In this document: positions 1-13,275 of the stretch, in pieces | Layout: every line of letters starts with the position of its first letter | Position numbering within the stretch: the stretch's first letter is position 1 | NCBI GenBank assembly: GCA_003971905.1 | Contig: RSEE01000029.1 | Coordinates: 372,001-436,000, forward strand | Reading direction: 5' to 3' | DNA length: 64,000 nucleotides | Source of the DNA: Moniliella sp. 'wahieum' | Lineage: Eukaryota | Program-made: the position numbers and the translations under genes | The notes under the pieces: generated by a model | Seen by the model: the letters and a program-made list of their open reading frames with translations, nothing else | What the model was told of the DNA's origin: nothing | Database searches by the model: none

Positions 1-3000
1 TCATCGTAGTAAGAAACGGAAGAGATGATCCGACAAGCATAGGCACATGCCATCGCTCCCTTTCTTTTTGGATCTTCATTTTCATGGACGCCGACCACAT
101 GAATAGGACCCGATCTCGTGAACCATTGGGAATCTCTTCTCCAGACACGGCATAGGGCCAGAGGGTCTCGTTGATTCGGGATGCAGTCAGCATGGAACGA
201 ACTGGGCCGGTGCCATTTGAATCAAACTCATGGTAATATGTGGGAGGGAGTGTCACTAGGATGGCGTCAAGCTCGGATGGGGTAATGTGCGTGGTGAGGT
301 TGGTGAAGTTACTCGGCATAGTTAGGGAGGTGACAGAGGAGTCGAGATCGGCACGGTGTCGCATGAGCGAAGGGTGAGCGACTAATTTCCAGAAGAGGAT
401 AAGAAATAAGGCGCGCAGTGTCCACAACCGCACCCCGCGTAGAAGCCCGCGTACCCCCTCGGCGTTCCACGTGCGGATGAGCACACGGAGGACCGAAGTG
501 GGTACAGCCGGCAAGTCCTGCTGGGGGGCAGCAGGGGCGAGGCTGCGTGGGGCCCAGTTGGCACGTGCCCGCACCAAAGATATGCGGAGCGGGTTTGCAA
601 ACAGGCCAAATAGAACCAGGTTAAACACCACAGAAAGGATCGCCCCAATGGCATGGTTGATACCAACGACTTCTGCTTCAGACAGGTCGCTGTCAGGCAG
701 CAAAGCGGCCGAGGTGGCGCTGCTGTTGATACTGGACATGCGCTTCTGCTATCCCGAAGGGTATCGATGGAGAGACGAGGGGTGGTGGGGTGGATGGTGG
801 TTGGTGGTTGAAGGACATAGTAATAGGCTTGTTGCCCGAAGGGCTCAATGTACGCTTAATAACCGGCACAACCACGCGGCAACCGCACCAACCTGCATGC
901 CACATGCCACATGTCACACGTGCCATTGCATACGTCATGATTTTTCCACCCCCACATGCAGTCGCAACGTTGCGCGTAAACTATACGGACCTCCATCAGC
1001 GCCATCAGTGCATCAGCCCATCAGTCGATGGACAGGGCAGGCATCACAAGCAGGAAGCGTGCAGTGTCCATTTGTTTGTGCCCGGGGGCCGCATCTCTGC
1101 TCTTTCCCCGCCAGCTGATGTATGCCTTCCCCGGGCAATTGCATCCTCCCGACACACTGTGCTTCTTCAATCCCTGCCTTAGTTGCTCCACGCCCACAGA
1201 GTTCCCTTCCGACAGCCCGCCTCTTTACTAGCGAGAGAGTCAGCGGACAATCCATACTGCTCCTCCGCTGCCCGTCATGGGAAAAGGGCTCATCGGAACG
1301 ATGCTTTCTTCCCGTCGCGCCCGGTCGTGGCCGAACCCTGTCCCCGTTGCGACCGACTGCGGTGCGTCAGTTTAAAGCCCTGGCGGGGCGTATTAATAGT
1401 CTTTACCTCTCCATGGAAAGTTCTCCGGCCCATGCACTTTGTCAATATTCAATTAACCCTCAAAAGGCTTGGTATTCACTTCCTCGGGTCCCTCCCTCAG
1501 AGCGATACCTGTACGCTTGTGCTCGCGCATGGTTATAGTCCTTCTATAGCCGAGCAGTTAGTCATTGTATTTTTGCCGAGCGGGTCTGCCCTCTGGTACC
1601 GGCCTCTAGCCGAGACAGTGCCCTCTGGTGCTTCCCTCAGGGAGAGACCCTTGTGCTCACGCTTAGTTAGTCAATGCACTACAAGCATCCCTGTCGTTCA
1701 TCGGCTGCTTGCTATCATGGCGCTTATCGACCAGCCTGTCCCTGCCCTGTTCACCCTGTTCGTATCCTGTTGTTGCACCTATTCTACCTTCTACCACCCT
1801 TACGAATTTACGACTTATGTGACCCCTCTGCCAGGACTCGCAGTAGCGCTTGCTTTTCATTACGACTTTGTCTGATTCCGTCTGCTACAGCGCCTCGAGT
1901 GTGGTAAAGCCACCCGGAAACCGCATTACCCCGGAACTCCTGGACCCCTTCAGTGGTCTGACGACCTACAACGCAGCTCCTACCTCGGAGGGTCTGACCT
2001 GCGGCCTTTGCAAGCAGGCAGCCACCCAAACTAGAGGGTCTCTCCTCGCCTCTACTTACACCCGCCCAGTTCAACCAGGATCTGAAGCGGAACCTAACCT
2101 ACGTGGCTCCGATTGGCCGTCCAAGGGTTTATACACTTAATTAAACTACAGGGTGGGTCCCACTTACAGACCTCTCCTCACTCTCGGGCGCGTGTTGCTA
2201 AGTTGTAAAAGTCGTGTTGGCGCCAGACCCGTTTAGGAAAGCACAGGAACCGCCATAGCAGATCAGGACAGTGTGGCTCCTGTTATCAGTTTCCAATCCC
2301 GATGAGGTAACGCGTGTGGATACACATGAGCGTGGTACAGTAGGAACATTCGATGAGCGTTCACGTCGGTGAGGAATGGTGGACCATATCTCCATTGGAG
2401 AGACTAACTCACAGTTAACTTTTTTCAGCCCCCAAGCGTCTTCAATGCTCGCTGTCTTGGTGGCATCAGTATCTTCGCGTCACCATAACCAAAGGGAAGA
2501 AGGGTTCTTGGGCGCGGCCCTGGTACTTGGTGTTCATGCTACATTCTACTTGATCCAACAATCGAGAAGCAGCTTCTTTTCGCATGGAATTCCAAGAAAA
2601 GGCATGGCGGTGCTCTCGTGTACCACACCCGGTACGCAGACAGCATCTCCAGCGTTCCCTAGTCCCGCAACGTGCGGTCCACCTCCATTCCTGATCCTCC
2701 GAATGCACCAGGCCCCATCACCCTTTTGCCCGTACGCATCGCCTTCTTCGCAAGCCTCGTCCCATCCTCTTTCTCCAAGGTCAGTTCGTTGGGATGGATA
2801 TAAGTGTCGGGGATGGAGCACAGGAACTGGAGAATGGGCCCGGAACTACCTTGTGCTTGGTGCGGGTGCAAGCCATGATGTGCTCAAGTGAGGTCATGAC
2901 GCCGTACTTGCGGGTGGAGCGGCACAGCGTGCGGAGCTGGGAACCAACCTCAACCTGCTTGTCGGTGAGCCGGAGGCGCGGGGCTGATGGAATTGAGTAG

Positions 3001-3290
3001 AGCCAAATGTGGCTGAGCGTGTTGCTTCGTTAGACCACATTGGGATCGTCGACATGGTCAAGCTTCTTGATCAGTTCATTCCAGCTCTTCTCCCACATCT
3101 CCCAACAGCGCTTGTGCTGCGTCCTAAATGCGTTCGTCGTGCATGCTTGCAAAAGGGGGCAACAAAAGTGGTAGTAAACAATACTATTATGACGGTTGAG
3201 GGGAATAACGTGTGGAACACGTGCACTGTGGGAACATGATCCACGTGATGCATATGACGCGCTGAGCATAATACCTGTTGCGTGTCTGAC
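1..3290 (-). mobile_element. Degenerate Ty1/copia-like LTR retrotransposon relic
   Basis: Minus-strand fragments lie in copia order: a PBS-like junction aacaggtattatgctc (~3263-3279); gag-like FLCSIPDTY..ELTLE (~2770-2830); a decayed zinc knuckle CSYCTTLMCIH (2316-2348); protease-like FLNGSGANTTF (~2205-2240); and integrase-like SNG..VRSMLTASRINETLWPYAV (146-225). There is no long ORF and there are many stops. Confidence 0.5.
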
Positions 3291-3718
3291 TTGTGAAATG
3301 AGGTCGTACGCGGTACGGGGGGTCTAACCTCTCCCCGGAAGACGATCGGACAATACGAAAACCTTGTAGCGGCAAAGGAATAGCCGCTGCTTGGGCGCTG
3401 GACGCGCCAGATTTCAACGTCAGTGGTCAGTCAACGTGATCAACGCGAAAGCGCTCGTCTTCGCCTGGGCAATTTCCGCATGGGTCTGGTTAAATGACCT
3501 ACTTTATTGCCGGAGAGGCGAGGTGCAGGCGCGTTGGACAGCTATTAACGATTAACGACAGAACCCTAAAGCGTGTTGTTGTTTTCACCTGGCACACTGC
3601 CCTTGTGCTACGTGGGGGGGAAGACTGCGCGCAGTCAGCCCAACCGGTGGGGCCTTGTTTCTGTCGAGCGCGACGTCAGGCATGCGTGCGCACACCACCA
3701 CACACCACCTTCCCCGCC

Positions 3719-4716
3719 ATGGGCGAGTCGCGCACCGAGCTCATTGCCTGGCTTAACGACCTGCTGGTCTTGGCTACACCAAGGTCGAGCAGTGCGGCAC
3801 CGGTGCTGCCTATGCCAGATCATCGACAGATATGGCAATGTGCCATGAGTAAGCTACTGGACGCCAAGATGGAGTACGAGTTTCTAGGCAACTACAAGGT
3901 GCTTCAAAATGTGTTTAAGCGCAACAAGATCGACAAGCCCATTCCCGTGGAGCGTCTTATCAAGTGCAAGATGCAGGATAACCTCGAATGGCTGCAATGG
4001 AGCAAGGTGTGTCCTTGTCATGTGTCCTATTGTGGAGCGTGTCCCGAACCTAACTCACCTAACGCTCTACTGTAGAAATTCTGGGACGCCAACTACCCCG
4101 GAGGAGAGTACGATGCCGAGGCGCGGCGGCATGGCGCGGCGGCGGTGCCCCCACCTGCATGGTCAGGCGACCGTAGGGGATGCTCGTAGGGTACGTCCTT
4201 CGACTACCACCACTCGTCCGACCGCAAGGGTAAGCGTCACCAATACCCCTCCACGAAGTGGTGCGGCCCCCAGGACGGCGGGTGCCGTGCGCGCTCGTCC
4301 AGCTACCTCGATTTCCTTGGCAGCGCAAAAGAAGCATGAAGAGAATGTTGCCGCTATGGAAGCACTGACCGCCGAGGTGGAGGAGATGCGGGAGAGCATT
4401 GGGGTGATTGAGCATGAGCGTGACTTTTATTTTGACAAGCTTCGCCAAATGGAGATCATCGTGTCGGATCGGCTGGAGGCGAGCAAGACGCATGCCCAAG
4501 CTTTGGATGAAGGACGCCAAGCCGACGTGGAAGATATCCCACCTCCAACTGAGACGGAGCTAGAGATTCTCCAACGACTCCTGGATATCATGTATGCCAC
4601 CGATGAGGGGTTCGCTGTCCCGGACGAAGAGGGGGTATGTGCCATTGGTTCCGAGGTAGACGCAGACACTGACTTTTGCGAATGCAGGCAGCCGTCGATG
4701 AGGAAGAGTGTTTTGA
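3719..4716 (+). CDS. BIM1: EB1/Bim1 microtubule plus-end tracking protein (CH + EBH domains)
   Basis: MGESRTELIAWLNDLL, NYKVLQNVF..IDKPIPVERLIKCKMQDNLEWLQW, KFWDANY, ERDFYFDKLR, IMYATDEGF. Introns at 4007-4075 and 4635-4687. Several small frameshifts. The acidic EEExF-type C-terminus needs a 1-nt correction. Confidence 0.93.
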
Positions 4717-6660
4717 GCTGCAATGGAATATCGTGTTAGGCCGTCTGCTGGAACAAGTCTGCTGTATTGTCACGCTAGTCTGGTCTGGGACGATAGGAGA
4801 AATGTTGATTGGACGGCCGTCTAGCCGGTTTTGAGATCTGGTGTCTGCGCTGTAACAACCATCAAGTCCCTTTCGAACCCTTCAGGCCAATGCATCTCGT
4901 AGAACATGAAACAAGAGTTATGAAGGTTCAAGTGCATCTGTCAGCGAACCCATCCAATTAAAACGAGCGTCCAAACTGATTACGGACACTTCATCCGTGA
5001 GAGCATGGGCGCAACGCCCTGGGTACCTTGCGCGAACCTAGGAGAAGCAAAAGAGAGGGTGAGAAGCACGGAAGGCTCTTCGGAACTATGTTGTGGTCTT
5101 TAAGAGAGAAATGGATATGGGGCCGAATGCATCAGTACTAGTAGACATTCATTGCTTGGCCCGGTAAGCATGTCGTATAGTGCGAGTTGATCATATACCC
5201 GGTTCGAAAAATGGGACGCAAAATTCCACCCGGTTTCCCCTCAGAGTGCCATGCTACACCAATACGGTCGGAAGACCCTTCCTGACTGGCTCGAGTAGAC
5301 AAAGAAATCATGGTTGGGGGGTTTAAGATTATTGAACGTGTGGCGACACATAATCCGTCCCTCTCATCTCCACCAGTACCAGCACAGACTTGCTATCCTT
5401 CCTCGCATCACCGCGGAGGCGGCAGCGAGAGGAAGAGGGTGAGTGATGCGGCCTGAGAGGGAGCGTTCAGGCTGAGCGCTCAGGCTGAGCCTCACCACAA
5501 AACCAAAAGTGGGCCGAGTTGTACAAAAGAAGATGCTGCCCTACTACTATTTCCGAGCAAAACCATACTTTATCCTCTTGAGGTAAAACACCGCGTTGTA
5601 GCAGCCCGTAGATCGAGCAAATACCAAAATGAGCAAGCGGGACAATACAAATACTAGTAACGTGTGCCGGCAGATATCATCCAGTAATAGCTAGTAATGC
5701 ATGGTAATGCATACTGGCCACCCGTGGTGCGCGTCCAAGACGAGGTCCACGGGTTTGGTGACAAAGGCAATGATTAATGATTAATGACCGTCCCTGATGC
5801 GATCGACTCTTTACATGTTACACGTAGGGACTAGCAGCGGATGTCTCAGATGATCGACGAGTGGGGTTTTCCGAAGTCGTGTGGGCGTGTGTATGGGCCC
5901 CGGCAAAGTGTAACGGAAGACAATATATGCTTTTTTGTACAATAGCAGTTTAGTAGGGCAGAAACATACATGTGGCAGCTATGTGAAGTTGGTTGTTGGG
6001 AAGCCGAAGAAGAGCTTTTCTGTCTTCCCCTTTCTTCACCTCATCAGTGCGGACGACAAATACGATCGACGCAGTTTCTGGGACTCAGTCGTGAGACTCA
6101 TGTTTCTTCTTCGCTTGTTCGGGTGTGCAGGCCATGCACTATACATTTTCGTCCTCATCCGTTCAGCGAAGAGTTTATATTGTGGCCAAAGGCCACTGAT
6201 GCAACCGATGAAGCAGTAGTAGCCTAGTGCCAACAGCTGGGAAGACGGGGGGTTGCGCAATCTATCCTGGTCAGGCTGGTTCTGCGCCGGTCGACGATGG
6301 ATGCCCGTACCCGGGGGAAGAGAACGCTCGGTCCCAACACTTGGGGGCTGCAGTGGGATCAGATATATACGCTTCTTCTTTCGCATCGAACCACGCCGAG
6401 TTGGCTTCCACTTGCCATCCAATCACGAGCGTAATGACCATGTCAACGAACCGGCACCAAGCCAGTCGAGAAGTCTGCGGGCTTGCAGCACAGCGGCCTG
6501 CATACGGCCAGTACACGTACACCCATCGCAGGCATCGTGCCAAAGCTACAAGCTATCAACCTTACTATCCCCTCCCGAGCCTGCGCTACGCCTTTTTGCG
6601 TGCTGCGACGATCGAAATAAAGAGTACACTTTTTCCCCTGCTCTGCTCCCGCGCTACGCC

Positions 6661-8686
6661 TTAGGACGCCTCCACTGGCTCGTAACTCCACACGCGGGCA
6701 TTAAAGTCGCCCGATCCGGTGGCCAGCAACCCGCCTGCCGGGCTGAGGTGGATAGCAATCACGCTATTCTTGTGTCCCTGCAAGACGACTTGCGTTTCGG
6801 CCGTGTCTGGGTCCCAGAACATCACACCACGGTCCTTGCTCCCCGACGCAATCCACTTACCATCAGGCGAGCACGAGACGCTCAAGACATAATCCTTGTG
6901 TCCCGCCAAAGTGGTTACCGTTGGACCATCTCCCTGCGTAGGCCGACCCTGGACGCGCGCAACGGTACTGCTCAAATCCCACTTCTTTACCGTCTTGTCC
7001 AGCGATCCCGAAACGAGCGACGAACCGTCCGGCCCAAACGCGACTGAATAAATCGAGTCGGTATGACCTTCGAGACACTCAACTTGTTGCGCCGTACGCG
7101 CGTCCCAGACACGAACGTACGTGTCCAGCGCACCGGCTGCAACTAGGCGCGAATCCGAGTTGATCGATACACTTGTCACTCCAGCTTCGGGCGCCGAGGT
7201 GGAATTGGGTACCGTGCCCATGGTCAAAGTGTGCATCAACGTGCCCGTATCCACATCCCATATCCGAACCGTCATGTCCCCCGATCCCGACGCAATGATC
7301 TTCCCGTCCAACGACCAGTCGAGCGAATAAATCTCCTGCTCATGACCCTGAAGCAAATGCTTGATGGTGCGTGAAGCAATGTCCCAAATGCGCACCTGCC
7401 GATCCTCCGCTCCCGTAGCGAGGTACTTGCCATCCGGACTGAAACACACAGACCGAATGTACAAATCTTCTTCGGCTCCGCCGCGTCCTCAGCCAAGATG
7501 GCTACCCGAGCACCTGTCGCTGTATCGTAGATCTGGGCAGAACGGTTGCACCCCGTCGCAACGTACTTGCCATCGAGAGAGAAGCGAACGCAGCACACGA
7601 CCGAATCATGCACCATGCTGTGCACCAAGTTCAACTTCATCCGCCGCGGCACCTGCGGGTTAAAGATAGCAATCCAATCGGATCCTTCCGTCTTGAGCGC
7701 TTTTGGCACCTCGTCCGGATCCAGGTCGGACAGGTGAGCAAGCGCCTTGTTCGCCTCGGTCGCACTGGCAGGAGCCACTTCCTTGGCAGCAACAGGAACC
7801 GGCGTCGCCATCGGTACCTCTGCACTGCGTACCTCTTTTCCCCGTGGCGAGGGCACAGAGGCAGCAGGTTCGCGATACGGCGCAGGTGGTGCCTCCCATT
7901 GGTACCCCTCTGCCATGCGTAGCCGCTTCGGTTCCGGCGGGGGAAGGCGCGCTGCGTCCCTCGGTTCCGAAGGCGGGAGGTGCGGTGGGGAACGGGGACG
8001 AGGGTACTCTCTCAAATCGGGCGGGCCAAATGGGTTTTGGCCAGGCCCGACAGGGATGGGGACACTGTCAGGCCGTTGGTCGACCAGCATGCGCAGCCGC
8101 TTGATTTCCTCGCGGTACCTTGGGAGAGAATGGGGTTAGAGCACAGTACGTATTACAGATGGATGTACGGAGGGGAGGTCCTCCGCAGAGGAGGAGAAGC
8201 AAGTGCAAGGTGCGAAACGGAGGGGAGGAGGGGAGGAGGAACGTACTGGGTGACAATTTCCGCGTGTCGCTTCTCGAGCTCGGTGACTTGGGCCTGCATT
8301 GCCCTGACCTCCTGTACCTGGGAAGTCATCTGACCTTCGATCTCTTCGCGCTGAGTGCGCAGCACCATGTTGTCCTGGCCGAGCACGTCGAATTCTTGGC
8401 GGATCGTGCCAAAGACGTCGGTCAGACGAGCATGGGCGGCGGTAAGCGCAGCAGAGGCCGCGGGGGGGGCACTCATGCCAACGACGACGGCAGGCGTGGG
8501 CGCAGGCGGGAGGCCGGGCGCAGGGGGCGGGGGCATGGCCGCGGCTGGGGGCAGCGGGGTGCGGCGGCCATCGCGGTCGTCGCGCAGGGGAGCCGGGGCA
8601 GGGGAGGAGGTGGTGCCGTTGGTGGCGCGCGGGTTGGGGGGGACGCTGATGGGGACGAGGGAGCGGTGCTGGTAGATGTGCGACAT
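6661..8686 (-). CDS. TUP1: General transcriptional corepressor Tup1 (Tup_N coiled coil + WD40 propeller)
   Basis: N-terminal [24 protein letters not shown] across intron 8119-8246. Also [80 protein letters not shown]. One frameshift near 7480. Confidence 0.96.
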
Positions 8687-9909
8687 GCCCGGCGCAGTGC
8701 TCGCTCACACTCGACTCACACGCGAAAAAGGCGCGGGTGGTGGGCGGAAGCAAGAAGCGGGGGCGGGGGCTGGGTGCTGGGTGCTGGGTGCTGGCTGAGG
8801 CTGCGCTGAGTCTGAGTGCCGACGCGGCTTGGGCTCGTCTGAGCTGCAGGCGCCAGCAGCTGGCCAGTGCCTGTGGGCCCGAGCAGGCGCCTGCCGCTTG
8901 AATTGAACGTTCAGTCATCCACGTTCCACCGCCGCCGCAGGCGCCCCGCTGGGGTTTCCGATCAGCCATCACCCACCACCCGCTCACGCGCCGCCGTCTC
9001 GCTCACCGCTCATCGGTCACCAGTCACCGACCATCGAGTACTGACTACGGCGCCAGCGTACTCAGCTTGTCCTGGTCCTGGTGTGGTGGACGCGGTGCCA
9101 GGTACACCCCAACGTAAGTACGCTGCAGCACACCGACGACGGACACAAGAACCACGGAGCTACCCGCTACTGAGTTAGTAGCTGCCACCCACTACCCACC
9201 AGGCGCGCACTGCCAGGTCTTGGGCCACTAGCACCGCGCCCACCCAGCACGGGCGATCTTCCATTGGGCCTTGGGGCCAGCGCCCAGCAGCCCACAGCTC
9301 GACCGAGCTGTGTGATCGATGCTCGGGGGATCGGTGATCGATCTGATCGTACGCCCTGCTCCCCACTCGCCCTCCTATCCGACAGCCGATTGCTGGGCCC
9401 TGCCGCCTGCTGGGCCTCGCGTCCGCGTCCCGCGTCCCGCGTCCCGGCCGGCGTCCGGCTCGTGGCTGACGCTACGTGTGCTACGGCCAGCAGCCATGGT
9501 GCATGATGCATGAGTATGACCTGCTACAGCCTCTTAAGCGATAACTTTAGTTTGCCCGGGCCTTCCATGGACCTCGCATCCGGGCTATCCCGGAATGTGC
9601 AGCAGATGCACCCAGGCAGGAGTACGTCCTTTTAAGCCTCAAGCTTTACCGGCGTAACGTTTACTTTTCCCCTTCGCCCGATCGACCCGATCATCGATCA
9701 TTGATCATCGACCGATCACTCGATCACTTCGATCATTTTTGCTTTGGCGGTGTAGTGCCTGTTTTGGCTACCCCACCAGCCACCACTGCGAGCATGCCCC
9801 ATGCAAAGTTTCACGCCCCCATCCCTTTCACATTTCAACGTCCTTGTCTTTCAACCCGCCTGCATCGAGCATCCTGCATCCTGCGTATCCTGTCCCTTTG
9901 GTGCCCTTT

Positions 9910-10087
9910 GTCATAGTTTGGCTGATCTCGCTCCCATTTCCAATTTCTTCGTCTCGAGCGTCTCGCTCCTTCCCTGTTCCTTCCACTTCGCACCATGTCC
10001 TCTGTTCTTGCTTCTTCCCCACGAACGATTGCTACACCCTTGGCCTAGTCCGATCCTGGTCTCCTCGCCTTAGCCCCGACTGTGACA
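9910..10087 (+). mobile_element. Dispersed repeat copy A, solo-LTR-like, ending in TGTGACA
   Basis: Near-identical to the reverse complement of 37632-37819 (gtttggctgatctcgc..tttccaatttcttcgtctcgagcgtctcgctc..ccccacgaacgattgctacaccc..ttagccccg.ctgtgaca). The terminal 14 nt are duplicated at 10090-10103. Confidence 0.8.
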
Positions 10088-11192
10088 TTCCCCGACTGTG
10101 ACACCCTTCTTGCCTTGCCTTTGCTCTGCCCTGCCTCGCCTTGGGCTCGGTCGGGGCCATGTGGCAAGCCCATCCAGTATGCAGCTGCTGGATTCATGAC
10201 TGGTGACGTCACCGAGCGTCCCAGGTGTGGCACGTGAATGCAGAATGCAGAATGCATCCTTGGGCAGCCGCGAACGTCGAACAGCCTCCGGGCTGGGTGG
10301 TGGGTCCGCCCGGCTCCCGTCCCCGGTCCGACGGGTTGCCGTCTGTCTTGTGGTCTTCCTCCACTTGCTTCACCCTCAGTCTGGGCGCTGGGTGTGCCAT
10401 GTGCGTGCGCACAATCCATCAACTTGACGCTTCCACCGCCCAGCTTCAGATTTCAAAGTCTTTCAGACTGAGCAACGCGCCGAGTGCACTCTTACTTGGT
10501 ACTTACGGAGGGTGGCCATTGAAACGTTCAGCGCCAATCGAGAAGCGAGAAGCGAGAAGCGAGAATCGACGCGTCGACGCGTTGGCGCCAACGGGCGTCA
10601 ACTGCCCCAGTGGCGGCAGAGGGTGGGGCGGGTGGCGGATGCAACTAGCACTGCCCACGACTAGCGCTGCTCCCACATTGGTCCGCCACACGCGGCCCAG
10701 CTCCACACTGCCCCACTCCCCGGGGCCATTATAATTTGTCTGCGTCCGAGGGGAGATAGTCGATAATAGCAGCCAGGCAGCACAGCACCAGCCAGGGGCA
10801 AGCACAGCATCCCTGTCCTCCCGCCGTTTCTCCAGCGCTATCCACTATCGACGATCGCGTCGCATCAACGTACGCCACCGCCCTGCCATGCCCCTCCCTT
10901 GGGCGCAGGAGGCACGACTAGCATGACAGTACAGCCATCTCCCCACCACCCGCCCACCCGTAGGCCGCCGGTGCTCTGCGACGCCATTGGATATTCCACA
11001 CGCTCGGCTGCCATGCGCAGCTCATCGGCAGATGTGTACGCCATGGCCTCTGGCAACATGCTGCTCTCTGCGCCCAGCAGCAGCCCTGCCATGCCCCTGG
11101 CGATTGCTATGCCCCCCCCTATAAACCACACCATTGGCTTGGGCATCTGCCCGCCCAGCCCCCACCCCACCTCCCCTGCCCTGTCCGCCCAC

Positions 11193-13275
11193 ATGGCGTC
11201 CAGCAACGACGACGGTGCCCTCCCGCCCGCGCCCCCCGAGCGATACTACCCGCGTCGCCGCGCTTTACGGGTCCAACACTCCTACCCCCCGCGGGGGTAT
11301 GAGGCGCACGATGCCTATCCCTTTCCCGTCCCAACCCCAACCCCCGCCACTACTCCGACCGCAACCCCGACCCCTACCCCGGCCCCCACCTCCTCCGTCC
11401 CCGTTGCCGCCTCTGCCTCCTCCTCTTCCTCCTCTCCTTTGCCTGCCGCCTCGGGGCAGACACTGAAACCGGCGGACTTGCCCCCCAGCTTCCCCTACTG
11501 CTCTTCCACACCCCGCTCTTCCCTCCCAATTCTCCTGTCCTGAGTGGACTTCCTTCGCTTCCCTCATCTGTGCCTCCAACGTCTCCACCCCATTCCTCGC
11601 TCTCGCCTCCTTCGCCTGCACTCAGCACTCTGGCCCGCCGCACCGAGTCAATTTACTCGGTTGCACCGAGCGAGTCCTCTACCGTCTCCATGGCGCTTAG
11701 CACCGTATCTGATCCCTCTGGCCTGTCGGGTTACGCATGGCCACACGCGTCCCCCATTCCCATGGCCGAGCTGTACCCTACTGCCTCGCCTGGCTATGGG
11801 TCGCTTACTTGCCCTTCTCCTACTCTCACTCCCACTCCCATGCAGTCTCCTTGGTTCCTTCCGCCCGGACACGGACAATACGCCCCACCTTCCCCGCAGT
11901 ACGATTGGCACAGTTCCCAGGTGCACCCTTACCTTTCCCATTCTGGTACGGGCAGTCGTGTGGGCATGGCCAGCGATCGGGGTCCAACCGGCAACTATTA
12001 CGCCACGAGCAGCGCCAGTGGCAGTGGCAGTGGCAGTGGCAGTGGTCGTACCTCCTCTTCTGGCAAAAAGAAGGGATCGCCCACCTCGCATCCGCATCCG
12101 ACCAAGCTGCCTATGACCAAAACGTTTGTTGCAGATTACCGTGCGCGGATGGCTGCCGAGCCCGATGCAGAAGCCCAATTTGCCTATGTGCAGTACCTAA
12201 TCGAAGCTGCGCGGACGATTACTGAGCCCATCGAGTCAGCCAAGGCCCAGCGTCGGTTCCGTGACGCACTCTTATCCGAGGCGGTCAAACGACTTAAAAA
12301 GTTAGCCCAAGGCACGCTCACCATCACCACCACGGGCGCATCAGGTGGTGTGCACCCGCTTCGACCGTACTGCGAGGCACAGTTTCTCCTTGCCACATGC
12401 TATGGTAACGGTTCTTTGGGTCTGTCGGTCGACCATGAAAAGGCTTATCGACTGTACGTACAAGCTTCGAAGCAGAACCACCCAGCTGGCACGTACCGCG
12501 CCGCAGTATGTTCCGAGGTGGGCGCCGGAACGGCAAAAGATCCAGCACGTGCGATCCTATTTTACCGCAAAGCGTGTGCTTTGGGCGATACCGCTGGCAT
12601 GTACAAGATGGGCATGGTGCTTCTTGAGGGCCTGTTGGGGCAGACGAAAGATCCGCGAGACGGTGTGGTCTGGCTACGCCGTGCAGCGAGCAAGCGCAAG
12701 ATGATCGTGCCCACCCGTATGCGATCCATGCGCTGGCCCAGGTGTACGAGAAGAAAACCGCGCTCAACGGAACAGACGAGGAAATTGTGCAGGACCTACC
12801 GATGGCACGCGCACTGTACCTCCAAGCTGCGCAGCTGGGCTATGCTCCCTCGCAAACACGCATCGCTGCTGCGCTGGAACATGGTGCGTTGGCTGGTGCG
12901 GCCAACGTGCGCGCAGCTGGCAAGTGGTACGTGTTGGCGGCGCGACAGGGCGAGCCCGCGGCGGAACTGGCCTTGTCGGGATGGAGTTTGACAGGCGTAA
13001 CTGTTGAGGGGGACGAGGTGTGGCCTCAAAATGATACGGAGGCTTTATCGTACGCACTGCGCGCGGCTGCACGCACCTATCCCAAGGCTCAGTATGCAGC
13101 GGGATACTATTACGAAGTGGGCATTGGCGTTGCACCCTCGTTGGACGACGCGAAAAAGTGGTACGCTCGCGCAGCGGCTAAGGGCGACCAACGCGCCGCC
13201 CAACGGCTCGCCGAAATCAAGTCTGGCAAACGCGTGCCGGCTAAGGAGGCTGAGAGGGAGTGCGTGGTGATGTGA
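11193..13275 (+). CDS. SKT5: Sel1-repeat chitin synthase activator (Chs4/Skt5 family) with C-terminal CaaX
   Basis: Sel1 repeats AQFLLATCYGNGSLGL, YVQASKQNHPAGTYRAAVCSEVGAGT, AMYKMG-like GMYKMGMVLLEGLLG, KAQYAAGYYYEVGIG; ends in CVVM*. The N-terminus is low-complexity and the start is uncertain. Frameshifts near 11540 and 12700. Confidence 0.88.

Noticed and set aside
4800..6600. Possible gene between BIM1 and TUP1
   Set aside because: Only short ORFs with no recognisable domain; cannot be supported by eye.
12017..12046. (GGCAGT)n, plus (GCTGGT)n at ~19255 and (AACGCC)4 at ~13297
   Set aside because: Ordinary hexamer microsatellites, either encoding low-complexity linkers or lying in a UTR.
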